Positions 29,666 through 40,082 of a stretch of 64,000 nt of DNA are shown piece after piece. Each line of letters starts with the position of its first letter. Within the stretch, counting starts at the first letter, position 1. Source of the stretch: Candidatus Shapirobacteria bacterium (GTDB lineage Bacteria > Patescibacteriota > Microgenomatia > UBA12405); assembly GCA_028704885.1 (NCBI GenBank), contig JAQWEN010000001.1, positions 587,107-651,106 of the forward strand. The letters run 5' to 3'. The position numbers and the translations under genes are program-made. The notes under the pieces are model-generated. The model did no database searches. It saw nothing but the letters and a program-made list of their open reading frames with translations, and was not told the DNA's origin.

Positions 29666-32600
29666 TTATTTTTGATTTTTACTGACAGGGATCAATCGTC
29701 CGATAATAACATTTTCCTTGAGACCAATCAAGCCATCGACTTCAGCAAGTAAGGAAGCTTCGGTCAAAACACTGGTGGTTTGTTGGAAGGATGCAGCAGA
29801 TAACCAAGAACCAGTAGTTAAGGCAGATTGAATTAATCCGAGTAATACTTTTTTACCAACGGCAGCTTTGCCGTTGTTATTAGCTTTGGCTTTGTCGTTA
29901 GCAGCATGGAAAACAGCGGCGGTAACGATTTGACCATAAAGGAAAGTGGTATCACCTGGGTCTTCAATTTTGATTTTGTCACTCATTTCTTTAACCATAA
30001 CTTCTAGATGTTTATCATGAATACCAATTCCTTGAGATTCATAAACACCTTGAATGCTGTTGATTAAATATCTTTGAGCAAATTCAATTCCCTTAACATC
30101 CATGATTTCTCGAACATCGAGAGATCCGGAACAGAGCTGAGTTCCTTGAGCAACTAAATCACCATCAGCAATTAGAAGGGTAACGTTTGAAGGTAAGAGA
30201 TAAGTAATAGTTTTAGCATTATTATCTTGATCTTTACCGCTAAGTTTTATTTCATAGCCATCAACGGTTTCTTTAACTTTTACTTTACCGCTAATTTCGG
30301 CTAAAGGTGAAGGAAGCTTTGGAGTTCGGATTTCAAATAATTCCTGAACACGTGGTAAACCTTGGGTAACATCGACGCCGACGACACCTCCGGTGTGCTT
30401 GGTTCGGAGAGTAAGCTGAGTTCCTGGTTCACCGATGGATTGAGCAGCGATAACACCAACCGGAACACCAATTTGAACCATTCTTCGGGTAGAAAGATCC
30501 CAACCGTAACACTTTTGACATAAACCAGTTTCAGCATTACAAGTAAGAGGAGAACGGATATTAACAGAGCCGATTTCGTTCTTTTCAATTAAAGCAACTT
30601 CATCATTATTTAATAAAGTCCCCTTTTCAATTAATACTTTTTTGGTTTTAGCATCAATAATATCAGTGGCTAAAACTCGGCCTAAAATTCGGCGAGAGAA
30701 ATATCTTTCTCGGCCTTTTTCATTGGCATCAATAGTAATGAATTTTTCAGTACCGCAGTCTTCTTGTTTAATGATAGCGATATGAGCAGCATCAACCAAT
30801 CTTCGAGTTAAGTAACCAGCATCAGCAGTTTTTAGAGCGGTGTCGGCTAAACCTTTTCGGGTTCCACGAGCACCAGTAACGTATTCAAAAACTGAAAGAC
30901 CTTCTCGGAAATTGGATTTGGTTGGAAGTTGAACGATTTTTCCAGTTGGATCGACCATCAAACCTCTCATACCGGAAAGCTGTTTAATTTGATCTTTTGA
31001 AGCACGCTTGATACCAGCGGCAGAAATGATACGGATTGGAGAATCGATATCAAGAGTAGCCCAAGTTTTTTCAGCGATTTCTTCGGTTTTTTCCATCCAA
31101 ATAGCTTGAGAAAGACGTTTCTTTTCATCATTACTGATTAAGCCATTCTTGTAGTTTTCTTCGATTTCCAAAACTAATTTATTAGCTCCATGGATAATAT
31201 CTTCTTTTTCAGGTAAATTTCCACAATCAGCCATAGATAAAGAAAGACCAGAAAGAGTGAAACCAGCAAAACCAATGTCTTTGAGAGAGTCAATTAGTTT
31301 GACTGTTTTCCAACGGCCAGCAATTTCAATTGATTTAACAACTAAATCATTAACTGATTTAGAACCAGCCATGGCTTCATTTAAGAATGGGAATTCTTTT
31401 GGAAGGATTTGATTGAACCAAATACGACCATAAGTGGTTTTAGTTAAAACACCATTTAATTTGGCGACAATTAATTCTCTTAAGCCAATTTTCTTGGATT
31501 CGTAGGCTAATTCAACTTCAGCTTCATCGGCAAAAATTGATAAACCTTCGAAATTTTCGGTCTTTTCTTTGTCTAAATCTTCAGATCGGACAGAAGTGAT
31601 GTAATAACAACCAACGGCCATTTCTTGGGTTGGAACAGAAACTGGATTACCATCAGAAGGCTTGAGCAAGTTGTGAGATGGCAACATTAATCTTTGAGCT
31701 TCTCGTTGAGAGGCATCGGAAAGAGGTAAATGAACACCCATTTGATCTCCATCAAAGTCAGCATTGAAAGCTTTACAGACACAAGGATGAAGTCGGATGG
31801 CAAGACCATCGACTAAAATTGGTCGGAAAGCTTGGATAGAAAGTTTATGTAAAGTTGGAGCACGATTTAATAAGACATAAGTCTTTTTAGTGACTCTTTC
31901 CAAGATATCATAGACTTCGTTGACACGATGATCAATTAAGTTTTTAGCACTTTTAATGTTGGCAGCAATGCCAGTGGACATAAGTTCACGAAGAACGAAT
32001 GGTCGATACATTTCAAGAGCGATTTCTTTTGGAAGACCGACTTGATTTAGTCTTAATTCTGGACCGACAACGATAACTGAACGACCGGAATAATCGACAC
32101 GCTTACCGAGCAAATTGCGTCGGAAACGACCTTTCTTACCGCGTAAAAGATCAGAAAGAGAGCGAGGAACCCGCTTAGCACTTTTTCTTTTATTTTTAGA
32201 ACTTTTTTGAGCGTCAATTAAAATATCAACTGATTCCTGGAGCATTCTTTTTTCATTTCGCAAAATGATTTCTGGAGCACCAAGTTTCAATAATTTTTTA
32301 AGACGATTATTACGATTAATAAGACGTCGATATAAATCATTTAAATCAGAAGTAGCAAAACGGCCACCGGTTAATTGGACCATAGGACGCAAATCTGGTG
32401 GTACAACTGGAACTTGGGTAAGAACCATCCATTCTGGATTGATTTTATTTTCAATCATGCCGTTTAAAATACGGATTTTGTACATGATTTTCTTTTTCTT
32501 AAGTTTAGAACTGGTTTTGTTTAATTCCTTTTTAAGGTTTTTGACTGATTCAACTAAATCAATTTTTTTCAAAACCTCGTAGAGAGCTTCAGCTCCCATT

Positions 32601-33397
32601 TTGGCAGTGTAAAAAATATCGGAAGAAAATTGTGATAAATAAAAGCTTTCTTCATCGGAAAGAGTCGATAAAACCTGAATATTTTGGATTTTTTCTTCCA
32701 AATATTTCATTAAGCCATCGATACGATTTTTTTCAGATAAAGCTTTATTTTCCAATTTTTGAACATCCTGTTTTAATTTGATGTCGCGTTCTTCTTGAGC
32801 AATAAAAAGCTGATCTTTATTTTTAATCTTTGATTTAAGTTCTTTTTTCTCTTTATCGGTTTCTTCGGTTTTAATTTCAATAGCTTTTTTAGTATCGACA
32901 TTAATTTGATCAATTCTTTTTTTAGAATTGTTCATTAAATTGTCTAAAGCTTCTTTACGTTTGGAATCATCAACAGAAGTAATGAGATATTTAGTGAAAT
33001 AGACGACTGATTCGAGATCTTTTTGAGGAACATCGAGAATAACTCCGATTGGAGATGGAGTGTTTCTGAGATACCAAAGATGAGTGGCGGGAGCAGCCAA
33101 AGAAATATGACCCATTCTTTCACGACGAACCTTGGAAGTAGTAACTTCAACTCCACAGCGATCACAAATTACGCCCTTAAATCGGATTTTTTTGTATTTT
33201 CCACAGTAACATTCATAGTCTCTTGATGGTCCAAAGATTTTTTCACAAAAAAGACCGTCTTTTTCGGGACGCCAAGATCGATAATTAATAGTTTCTGGTT
33301 TTATAACTTCGCCAGTGGACCAAGATAAAATATCTTCAGGAGAAGCTAATTTAATTTGGAGACCGGTAAAGTCGATCATACTTTTAAATTTAAACAT
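29666..33397 (-). CDS. rpoC: DNA-directed RNA polymerase subunit beta'
   Basis: NADFDGDQM catalytic motif, zinc-binding N-terminus, 1243 aa; ATGA overlap with rpoB. Confidence 0.95.
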   Translation of the reverse strand: MFKFKSMIDFTGLQIKLASPEDILSWSTGEVIKPETINYRSWRPEKDGLFCEKIFGPSRDYECYCGKYKKIRFKGVICDRCGVEVTTSKVRRERMGHISLAAPATHLWYLRNTPSPIGVILDVPQKDLESVVYFTKYLITSVDDSKRKEALDNLMNNSKKRIDQINVDTKKAIEIKTEETDKEKKELKSKIKNKDQLFIAQEERDIKLKQDVQKLENKALSEKNRIDGLMKYLEEKIQNIQVLSTLSDEESFYLSQFSSDIFYTAKMGAEALYEVLKKIDLVESVKNLKKELNKTSSKLKKKKIMYKIRILNGMIENKINPEWMVLTQVPVVPPDLRPMVQLTGGRFATSDLNDLYRRLINRNNRLKKLLKLGAPEIILRNEKRMLQESVDILIDAQKSSKNKRKSAKRVPRSLSDLLRGKKGRFRRNLLGKRVDYSGRSVIVVGPELRLNQVGLPKEIALEMYRPFVLRELMSTGIAANIKSAKNLIDHRVNEVYDILERVTKKTYVLLNRAPTLHKLSIQAFRPILVDGLAIRLHPCVCKAFNADFDGDQMGVHLPLSDASQREAQRLMLPSHNLLKPSDGNPVSVPTQEMAVGCYYITSVRSEDLDKEKTENFEGLSIFADEAEVELAYESKKIGLRELIVAKLNGVLTKTTYGRIWFNQILPKEFPFLNEAMAGSKSVNDLVVKSIEIAGRWKTVKLIDSLKDIGFAGFTLSGLSLSMADCGNLPEKEDIIHGANKLVLEIEENYKNGLISNDEKKRLSQAIWMEKTEEIAEKTWATLDIDSPIRIISAAGIKRASKDQIKQLSGMRGLMVDPTGKIVQLPTKSNFREGLSVFEYVTGARGTRKGLADTALKTADAGYLTRRLVDAAHIAIIKQEDCGTEKFITIDANEKGRERYFSRRILGRVLATDIIDAKTKKVLIEKGTLLNNDEVALIEKNEIGSVNIRSPLTCNAETGLCQKCYGWDLSTRRMVQIGVPVGVIAAQSIGEPGTQLTLRTKHTGGVVGVDVTQGLPRVQELFEIRTPKLPSPLAEISGKVKVKETVDGYEIKLSGKDQDNNAKTITYLLPSNVTLLIADGDLVAQGTQLCSGSLDVREIMDVKGIEFAQRYLINSIQGVYESQGIGIHDKHLEVMVKEMSDKIKIEDPGDTTFLYGQIVTAAVFHAANDKAKANNNGKAAVGKKVLLGLIQSALTTGSWLSAASFQQTTSVLTEASLLAEVDGLIGLKENVIIGRLIPVSKNQK

Positions 33398-36300
33398 TAT
33401 TGTTCCTCCTTAATAACTAATCCTTCGACTTCAGCTTCCACTTCTACCGGAATTTCCGGTTCGATGTCTTCTGGTTTTATTTCAACCGGAGCAGAAGTTT
33501 CTTCCTCGACAGTGTCATCGATTTCTCGAAGACCAACTGGAGAAATATCGAGAGCTAAACCAGCTAATTCTTTGGTTAAAACTTTGAAAGACTCTGGGAT
33601 GGCTGGTTCTGGAATTGATTGACCTTTAATAATGGCTTGGAAGGCATGAGTACGACCTTCGATGTCATCGGATTTAATGGTCAACATTTCTTGAAGAGTA
33701 TGAGCAGCACGATGTGCTTCTAGAGCCCAGACTTCCATTTCCCCTAATCTTTGTCCACCCATTCTGGCTTTTCCACCGAGAGGCTGTTGGGTAACTAAAG
33801 AGTAAGGACCAGTAGAACGAGCATGAACTTTATCATCAACCATGTGGACGAGCTTTAAGATGTAACCAATACCAACAACGGATTGTTGATCGTAGGCTTC
33901 ACCAGTTCGACCGTCATAAAGTTGACTTTTGAAAGTGGTAGGTAAACCAGCTTTGGTTAACTCAGCTTCGATTTCAGCTTCAGAATATTTTTCAAAAACT
34001 GGAACGGCATATTTTTTACCAAGTTTGTAACCAGCGTAAGCAAGAGCAACTTCCAAAATCTGGCCTAAATTCATACGAGCAACGACAGAAAGCGGAGACA
34101 TAACCATGTCGATAGGAGTACCGTCGGCAAGATGCGGCATGTCGTATTGCGGCATAATTCGGCAAATAACACCTTTATTTCCGTGTCGTCCGGCGATTTT
34201 ATCACCTTCTTGAATACGTCGAATTTGAGCGACGTAAACTTTGACAACTTTATTAACGCCTGGATCAAGTTCATCACCTTTTTCTTTATCTAAAATATCG
34301 ACCTTAATAACAACTCCACCTTCACCATTAGCAACACGAAGAGAAGTATCTTTAACTTCACGAGCTTTTTCACCGAAAATGGCTCTTAAAAGTCTTTCTT
34401 CAGCGGATAATTCTTTTTCACCACGAGGTTCGACTTTACCAACCAAAATGTCATTTGGGCCAACAGTGGCACCAATCATAATGATACCGTCTTCAGTTAA
34501 TTTAGCTAATTCACTTTCGGAAACATTAGGAATATCTTTAGTTAATTCTTCGGAACCTAATTTAGTTTCAACAACTTGGGCAGAATATTCGTAAATTTGA
34601 ACATTGGTTAAAACGTCTTCTTTAACTAATCTATCGGAAATTAAGAAAGAATCTTCATAAGATAAACCATCGATGGAAGCATAAGCAACCAAAAGATTAC
34701 GACCGATCGATAATTCACCACCATCGGTGGATGGACCATCAATCAATAAATCACCTTCTTTAATAACATCACCGGTATTTACAACCACTTTTTGGTTATA
34801 ACAAGTACCATATGGTGAAGTTCTTAAAAATTTAGTTAAATTGTAAGTTTCAGTTTTGCCATCAGCACTAATTTCACTGGCTTCACAACCAGGTTCAGTA
34901 GCTTTTTTATCGAGAGCAACAATTATTTTACTGCCATCAACATAGGTAACTTTACCCGAATGTTTGGCTAAAACTGTTCGTCTCATTGAAGTGGTAACAG
35001 TGGCTTCCATGCCAGTACCAACATAGGGAGATTCTGGAGAAATTAAAGGAACAGCTTGAGTCTGCATGTGGGAACCCATAAGAGCACGAGTAGCATCATC
35101 ATGATCGACAAAAGGAATTAAAGAAGCCGAAGCACCAACGATTTGATTTGGAACCAAATCAATTAATTCAACTTGACTAATTGGACCTTCAATAAATTCA
35201 CCTTGATAACGAATTGGAACCCATTCTTGTTTGGCAAGGAAATTTTCGTCAAATTTAATACCTAAATGAGTGATTTTCTTTTCGTATTCATCTTCAGCAT
35301 CAACATAAATGAAATCTTTAGAAATGGTGTAACCACCTTTGGTTTTTTCTAGTTTTCTAAAAGGAGCTTCTAAAAAGCCATATTTATTGATTTGAGCATA
35401 AAGAGCAAGATAAGTAACCAAACCGATGTTTGGACCTTCTGGAGAACGAACGGCACAAATACGACCATATTGAGAACTGTGAACGTCACGGATTGAGAAA
35501 GCGGCACGTTCTCGGGTAAGACCACCAATACCAACAACAGTGACTCTTCGAAGTAAATCAAGTTCAGCTAGAGGATTGGTTTGATCCAAAATAGCAGAAA
35601 GTTGATTTGATCTAAAAAATGTATTGAGAGCAGAAATTAATGGTTGAGGATTAATCATTTGAGAAGGAGCTGGTTTTTCTTTGGTAGAAATTAAGCTCAT
35701 TCTTTCTTTAACCATTCTTTCGAATCTGGCTAAAGCTGGGCGAATAGCAATTTGAGAAACGATTTCGCCACTGCGTCGAAGACGACGATTAGCAAGGCTG
35801 TCGATATCATCAAGTCGTTTAACTTCACCTTTTTGGAGTTGGATTAAATATTTGACGGTAGCAACTAAATCTTCTTTTCTTAATACCCAATTTTCTTTGT
35901 CTTCATCACTAACTTTGAATCCAAATTTTTTGTTGATTTTATAACGACCGACATTACCTAATTCATAGGTTCGTAAATCAAAAAATCTTTCGTTGAAAAA
36001 TTTTTGAGCATTTTCGAGAACAACTGGTTCACCTGGACGAAGTTTACGATAAAATTCCAAAACGGCTTCTTCAGAAGTCTTGGAAATATCGGCTGAAATA
36101 GTAGCATTAATGAAATCACTAAATTCGGCAATTAATTGTTTGTCACCCATTTGGCAAGCGGCTCGCAAAATGATAGTGGCTGGGAATTTCTTTTTTCGAT
36201 CAATTCTGGCAAAAACAACATCTTTTTTACCAATGAAAAATTCGAGCCAAGAACCACGAACAGGTCGGATTTCGGCATTATAAAGAGTTTTGCCAGTGGC

Positions 36301-36741
36301 AGGATCAGTTTCACCAGTGAAATAAACACCAGGAGATCGGACCAATTGATTAATGACACCTCTTTCAATACCGTTGATAATGAAAGTTCCTTCATCGGTC
36401 ATGGTGGGGAGGTTTAAAAAGAAGACTTCTTCTTCACGGACATTACCGGTTCTTTTGTTGGTTAATTTGGCCTTAATACGGACAGGAACAGTGTAATTTA
36501 TACCTTTTCTTTTGGCAAGATCTGGAGAGACAACAATTGGATCGTAGGTCAATTGACCAAGTTCGAGCTCCCAGTTATTACCGGTGTAATCACTGATTGG
36601 GGAAATGGCTTGGACTGTTTCTATGAGTTCTTTTTCTAAAAATTCTTTCCAGGATTCTTTTTGAATTTGAATTAAATCTAACTTAGGAAGCTGAGGGTAT
36701 TTTTTACCCCATTGAGTTCTTTTTACGGAAGGCATCAACAA
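33397..36741 (-). CDS. rpoB: DNA-directed RNA polymerase subunit beta
   Basis: RpoB conserved regions, 1114 aa, acidic C-terminal tail. Confidence 0.95.
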   Translation of the reverse strand: MLMPSVKRTQWGKKYPQLPKLDLIQIQKESWKEFLEKELIETVQAISPISDYTGNNWELELGQLTYDPIVVSPDLAKRKGINYTVPVRIKAKLTNKRTGNVREEEVFFLNLPTMTDEGTFIINGIERGVINQLVRSPGVYFTGETDPATGKTLYNAEIRPVRGSWLEFFIGKKDVVFARIDRKKKFPATIILRAACQMGDKQLIAEFSDFINATISADISKTSEEAVLEFYRKLRPGEPVVLENAQKFFNERFFDLRTYELGNVGRYKINKKFGFKVSDEDKENWVLRKEDLVATVKYLIQLQKGEVKRLDDIDSLANRRLRRSGEIVSQIAIRPALARFERMVKERMSLISTKEKPAPSQMINPQPLISALNTFFRSNQLSAILDQTNPLAELDLLRRVTVVGIGGLTRERAAFSIRDVHSSQYGRICAVRSPEGPNIGLVTYLALYAQINKYGFLEAPFRKLEKTKGGYTISKDFIYVDAEDEYEKKITHLGIKFDENFLAKQEWVPIRYQGEFIEGPISQVELIDLVPNQIVGASASLIPFVDHDDATRALMGSHMQTQAVPLISPESPYVGTGMEATVTTSMRRTVLAKHSGKVTYVDGSKIIVALDKKATEPGCEASEISADGKTETYNLTKFLRTSPYGTCYNQKVVVNTGDVIKEGDLLIDGPSTDGGELSIGRNLLVAYASIDGLSYEDSFLISDRLVKEDVLTNVQIYEYSAQVVETKLGSEELTKDIPNVSESELAKLTEDGIIMIGATVGPNDILVGKVEPRGEKELSAEERLLRAIFGEKAREVKDTSLRVANGEGGVVIKVDILDKEKGDELDPGVNKVVKVYVAQIRRIQEGDKIAGRHGNKGVICRIMPQYDMPHLADGTPIDMVMSPLSVVARMNLGQILEVALAYAGYKLGKKYAVPVFEKYSEAEIEAELTKAGLPTTFKSQLYDGRTGEAYDQQSVVGIGYILKLVHMVDDKVHARSTGPYSLVTQQPLGGKARMGGQRLGEMEVWALEAHRAAHTLQEMLTIKSDDIEGRTHAFQAIIKGQSIPEPAIPESFKVLTKELAGLALDISPVGLREIDDTVEEETSAPVEIKPEDIEPEIPVEVEAEVEGLVIKEEQ

Positions 36742-36798
36742 ATTTAATTATTAAAAAAAGGGGCGAGTTATGTTCCAACGGCTCGACCGAATGAGGGT

Positions 36799-36827
36799 AT
36801 TATAAATCCTTTGTCAAGAACGGTCAA
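36799..36827 (-). promoter_or_regulatory. near-consensus sigma70 promoter for rpoB (TTGACC-17 nt-TATAAT on minus strand)
   Basis: -35 reverse complement at 36822-36827, -10 at 36799-36804; ~50 nt upstream of rpoB start. Confidence 0.5.
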
Positions 36828-36843
36828 CAGGCAGGTTTTAGGT

Positions 36844-37560
36844 TTATTTAGTAGTTGCTGATGGAGTGGCGGTTGGAGTGATTTTTTTAGCTGAAATAGT
36901 TGCTGTTGGAGTAACAGTCTTAGTCGGAGTAATAGTGGCGGATTTAGTGGCAACGGTTGGAGTGGCACAGGCTTTTTCGGTGCAAGTAATAATATCTTTA
37001 GACTCACAACTGCAAGTATTACAGCCATCGGCTGAAGCAAAAGATTCTCCTATTTGGTAAGTTTTATCATTTAAAAAGCAGGTACCAGAAACCAAAGTTG
37101 GGGAAGTTTCAATGGTATCAAAACTGGAAGAATCAGAATTATCTGTATTTTTTTGGTCTTTTAAGAAAACAAAAGCAAGGGCAACAGCGACAAAAAGAAA
37201 AATAATTAGAGCAATTATAAAAATAGCTTTAAAAAAGCCACCACCAGATTTGACTGGAACAGAAATACCAAGATTTTGGAGTTGTTCTTCTGGTGATTTT
37301 GGCGGAGTTTCGATTGGGGGAAGTTTGTCAGTGTTGGCAGAATATTGATTTAAAACCTGTTGATAATTATTGGAGGGAGCCGAGGTTTCTGGTTGGGGTT
37401 GAAGTTCTGGTTCTGGAGTGATTTCTATTTCTGGACGAGGTGGTACTTCGACAGGCTCAGTATTGACAGGTTCTTGAGGAACTGGCTCGGGATTAATAAT
37501 TGGAGTTTGATTAATAGGATCTTGATTTGGGATTTGATTTTCCATGTAATAGTTTCCCAC
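36844..37560 (-). CDS. hypothetical secreted/membrane protein: Pro-rich N-terminus, TM helix, small 6-Cys domain, Thr-rich tail
   Basis: PEPVPQEP repeats; TM FFKAIFIIALIIFLFVAVALAFVFL; cysteine pattern C-x18-C-x2-C-x-C-x8-C-x5-C. Confidence 0.5.
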   Translation of the reverse strand: MGNYYMENQIPNQDPINQTPIINPEPVPQEPVNTEPVEVPPRPEIEITPEPELQPQPETSAPSNNYQQVLNQYSANTDKLPPIETPPKSPEEQLQNLGISVPVKSGGGFFKAIFIIALIIFLFVAVALAFVFLKDQKNTDNSDSSSFDTIETSPTLVSGTCFLNDKTYQIGESFASADGCNTCSCESKDIITCTEKACATPTVATKSATITPTKTVTPTATISAKKITPTATPSATTK

Positions 37561-37585
37561 CTTTGAATGGTAGTGTCAATAAAAT

Positions 37586-38752
37586 TTGATAGAATTGGGG
37601 ATGAAATTTTTTATTAAAACATTTGGATGTATCCAAAACACGGCTGATTCAGAACGAATTAAGGCTTTTTATTGGAATAAAGGATACAAAGAAGTTGATA
37701 ATTGGCGAGAAGCTGATTTGGTGGTTATAAACACCTGTATTATCAGAGAATCGGCAGAGAATAGAGTGTACGGATTGATTAATGAAATCGATAAATGGAA
37801 TCGAAACCCACCTGCCCTGCGGGCACCCTCCCTTGACAAGGAGGGCTTAAAAAAAATTAGTATTGTAGTTACGGGGTGTTTGGCAGGATTGGCAAATAAA
37901 GATAAAACTGGGAAAAAGTTGGCGCAATTAAAAAGAGATTTTCCCGAAGTTTCGGAATTTTTACCGATTGAAAAAATCAGTTATAAAATTGATCCCATTA
38001 GGGATAAAAAAGATTTAGCATTAATTCCAATTAGTTTTGGCTGCAGTAATTTTTGTAGTTATTGTATTGTCCCCTTTGCCAGAGGTCCAGAAATTTCTCG
38101 ACCAATGGAAGAAATTTTAAAAGAAATTGATGTAGTGATTAAAAATGGATTTAAAGAAGTGTTATTAATTGGACAAAATGTGAATTCATATCTCAATCCA
38201 AAACCCCTCTTTAATTCTCCCCTTGATGAAAGGGAGAACACTAATTACGTTGTACATATGGGCAAAAAAAGACTTCATAGTTCGTTTCATATTTTATTGG
38301 AAGAAGTAGCCAAAAAAGATTTGCAAAAAATTTCTTTTGTCAGCAGTAACCCTTGGGATTTTTCTGATGAATTAATTGCCACAATTGCTAAATATCCAAA
38401 TATTGATCGCCTTTTACATTTGCCTTTTCAAGCTGGTGATGATGAAGTGCTTAAAAAAATGAATCGAGGATATACTCAAAAAGAATATTTAGACCTAGTC
38501 AAGAAGATCAGATCTCAGATTTCAGATGTCAGATTTTCAACAGATATAATTATTGGTTTTCCTGGTGAAGATGAAAAGGCTTTTCAGAATACAGTGAAAT
38601 TGTGTAAAAAAGCAAAATTTGAAATTGCTTATTTAAATAAATATTCTCCCAGAAAAGGGACTGTGTCGGCAAAATTATATAAGGACGAGATCCCTCAGAG
38701 TGAAAAGAAAAGACGATGGAATGTATTAAATGATTTGATTAACAAAAAGTAA
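37586..38752 (+). CDS. MiaB/RimO-like radical SAM methylthiotransferase (start probably MKFFIKTFGC); no C-terminal TRAM domain
   Basis: UPF0004 N-domain (FGCIQN), radical SAM CSNFCSYC. Confidence 0.75.
   Translation: MIELGMKFFIKTFGCIQNTADSERIKAFYWNKGYKEVDNWREADLVVINTCIIRESAENRVYGLINEIDKWNRNPPALRAPSLDKEGLKKISIVVTGCLAGLANKDKTGKKLAQLKRDFPEVSEFLPIEKISYKIDPIRDKKDLALIPISFGCSNFCSYCIVPFARGPEISRPMEEILKEIDVVIKNGFKEVLLIGQNVNSYLNPKPLFNSPLDERENTNYVVHMGKKRLHSSFHILLEEVAKKDLQKISFVSSNPWDFSDELIATIAKYPNIDRLLHLPFQAGDDEVLKKMNRGYTQKEYLDLVKKIRSQISDVRFSTDIIIGFPGEDEKAFQNTVKLCKKAKFEIAYLNKYSPRKGTVSAKLYKDEIPQSEKKRRWNVLNDLINKK
38711..38748 (+). repeat. 38 bp direct repeat, left copy (3' end of the MiaB-like CDS)
   Basis: AGACGATGGAATGTATTAAATGATTTGATTAACAAAAA, identical to 40083-40120. 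Confidence 0.85.
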
Positions 38753-38768
38753 AAATCATTTTTGCTTA

Positions 38769-39062
38769 TCATTCTATACTCAAATACTTCTTTATTTTAT
38801 CCAATTCTTCTAAGATGGAATTTAATTTTAGATTGGTTAAATTAACTTCATTTTCATCATTTTGGAAAAACATACCAATAGGTTGATTGGTAATTTCGGA
38901 AATTCTTTTAAGAGTAGGAATCGGAGGGATGGCGCGACCAGATTCGTAAGCACTAATGGTTTTATCAGATATGGAAAGTCTGTCGCCAAGCTCTTTTTGC
39001 GACAATTTAGCCAATTTTCTGGCTCGATTTATGGCTTTACTTAATGCTAAAACTTCGTTCAT
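38769..39062 (-). CDS. XRE-family helix-turn-helix transcriptional regulator (97 aa)
   Basis: HTH LSQKELGDRLSISDKTISAYESGR. Confidence 0.8.
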   Translation of the reverse strand: MNEVLALSKAINRARKLAKLSQKELGDRLSISDKTISAYESGRAIPPIPTLKRISEITNQPIGMFFQNDENEVNLTNLKLNSILEELDKIKKYLSIE

Positions 39063-39162
39063 AAAATTAAACCCATTAGTTTAAAAAATGGGAGGATTTT
39101 GATTATAACACATCTATTTTTATTAGATTAAATAATATATTTAAGTATATTTAATATAATTA

Positions 39163-39179
39163 ATCTATTGTAAATAGAT
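39163..39179. promoter_or_regulatory. 17 bp palindrome ATCTATTGTAAATAGAT in divergent intergenic region (candidate operator of the XRE regulator)
   Basis: Perfect 7 bp arms around GTA, located between divergent genes. Confidence 0.35.
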
Positions 39180-39356
39180 CAAAATAGTGTATTATTGGGT
39201 TAAGAATAAATTTATTGTTCAAAAATAAATTTAATACGCACCTTGACCAAAAAACAACAAAAAACTTACAGAACAATAAGCTGTTCTGAATAAAGTTTTT
39301 TGTCTATATAGAACCAATCTACGGTGTCGAAAACAAAACACCAGAAAGGCAATGCT

Positions 39357-39578
39357 ATGAACGGTCCTCGAGGTACTCTTTATCATCCCGACATGGGCAA
39401 CAACATCGAAAGCTCTGTCACTTTCAGAAGAGACGGATCTGCTCATCAAACAGTCTATGATCGTGACGGTGGCGGCCGCTATTCATGGGATGAGCGTGCA
39501 GATGGCACAGCCAGCGATCCTCATTTCACTGATCAAGACGGCAGAAATGAACGCGACAGGCACCCATTTGGTCGATGA
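39357..39578 (+). CDS. hypothetical small protein (73 aa) encoded in a conspicuously GC-rich (~50%) segment; longest ORF starts at GTG 39324
   Basis: AGAAAGG RBS 7 nt before ATG 39357; Asp/Gly/Arg-rich; contains GCGGCCGC; followed by a double hairpin and T-run. Confidence 0.4.
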   Translation: MNGPRGTLYHPDMGNNIESSVTFRRDGSAHQTVYDRDGGGRYSWDERADGTASDPHFTDQDGRNERDRHPFGR

Positions 39579-39616
39579 CCAAACAAAAATCTGCACTATC
39601 GATTAGTGTATTTTAT

Positions 39617-39702
39617 GGAGATAAATGATAAATTTAATCATAATTTATCTCCAGATGGAGGTTATTTATAATAATAATTAACCTCCATTCTCCCTTTTTT
39701 TT
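39617..39702 (+). terminator. tandem hairpins (10 bp and 8 bp perfect stems) followed by T8
   Basis: GGAGATAAAT...ATTTATCTCC and GGAGGTTA...TAACCTCC then CCCTTTTTTTT. Confidence 0.55.
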
Positions 39703-39708
39703 AAAAAT

Positions 39709-40080
39709 ATGCCAAAAATTTATTCAAATAAAAAAACTATAAACATTCCTTTTCCAAATAAAGTCTTTGATCTTTATCTTGATAAATTTAAGGTGAAATC
39801 AGAAGGTGAATTGAATGATCAAAATATCTTTTTTATTATTAAAGACTGTTATAAAGATTTTAAAGAGGGATCTTTATCTTTAGATAATTTTTCCAGTATT
39901 GGAGGATATCTTTTTGATAAATTAAAACCCAGTTCTAAATCCAGTAAATTTGGATCTGTTTTATTAGATATTGGTGAGTTAAATTTCTATGTCAGAAATA
40001 CAGAATCAAAACCAAAATTTTCAGAAATAAATAACTTTCTTTCAGATATTGAAGAATTTTTTGAAAAATACGAAAATTGA
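39709..40080 (+). CDS. hypothetical protein (123 aa)
   Basis: ORF only; no RBS; ends 2 nt before the right direct repeat. Confidence 0.35.
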   Translation: MPKIYSNKKTINIPFPNKVFDLYLDKFKVKSEGELNDQNIFFIIKDCYKDFKEGSLSLDNFSSIGGYLFDKLKPSSKSSKFGSVLLDIGELNFYVRNTESKPKFSEINNFLSDIEEFFEKYEN

Positions 40081-40082
40081 AG

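Noticed and set aside
36768-37060. Alternative-frame ORFs (90 aa minus, 64 aa plus) in the Thr-rich tail region of the 36844-37560 gene.
   Set aside because: They are frame artefacts of repetitive ACN/GTN codons.
39231-39449. 72 aa minus-strand ORF within the GC-rich segment.
   Set aside because: GC-rich DNA yields long ORFs in several frames. The plus-strand ORF has an RBS and a terminator, so it is preferred, although the coding strand is not proven.
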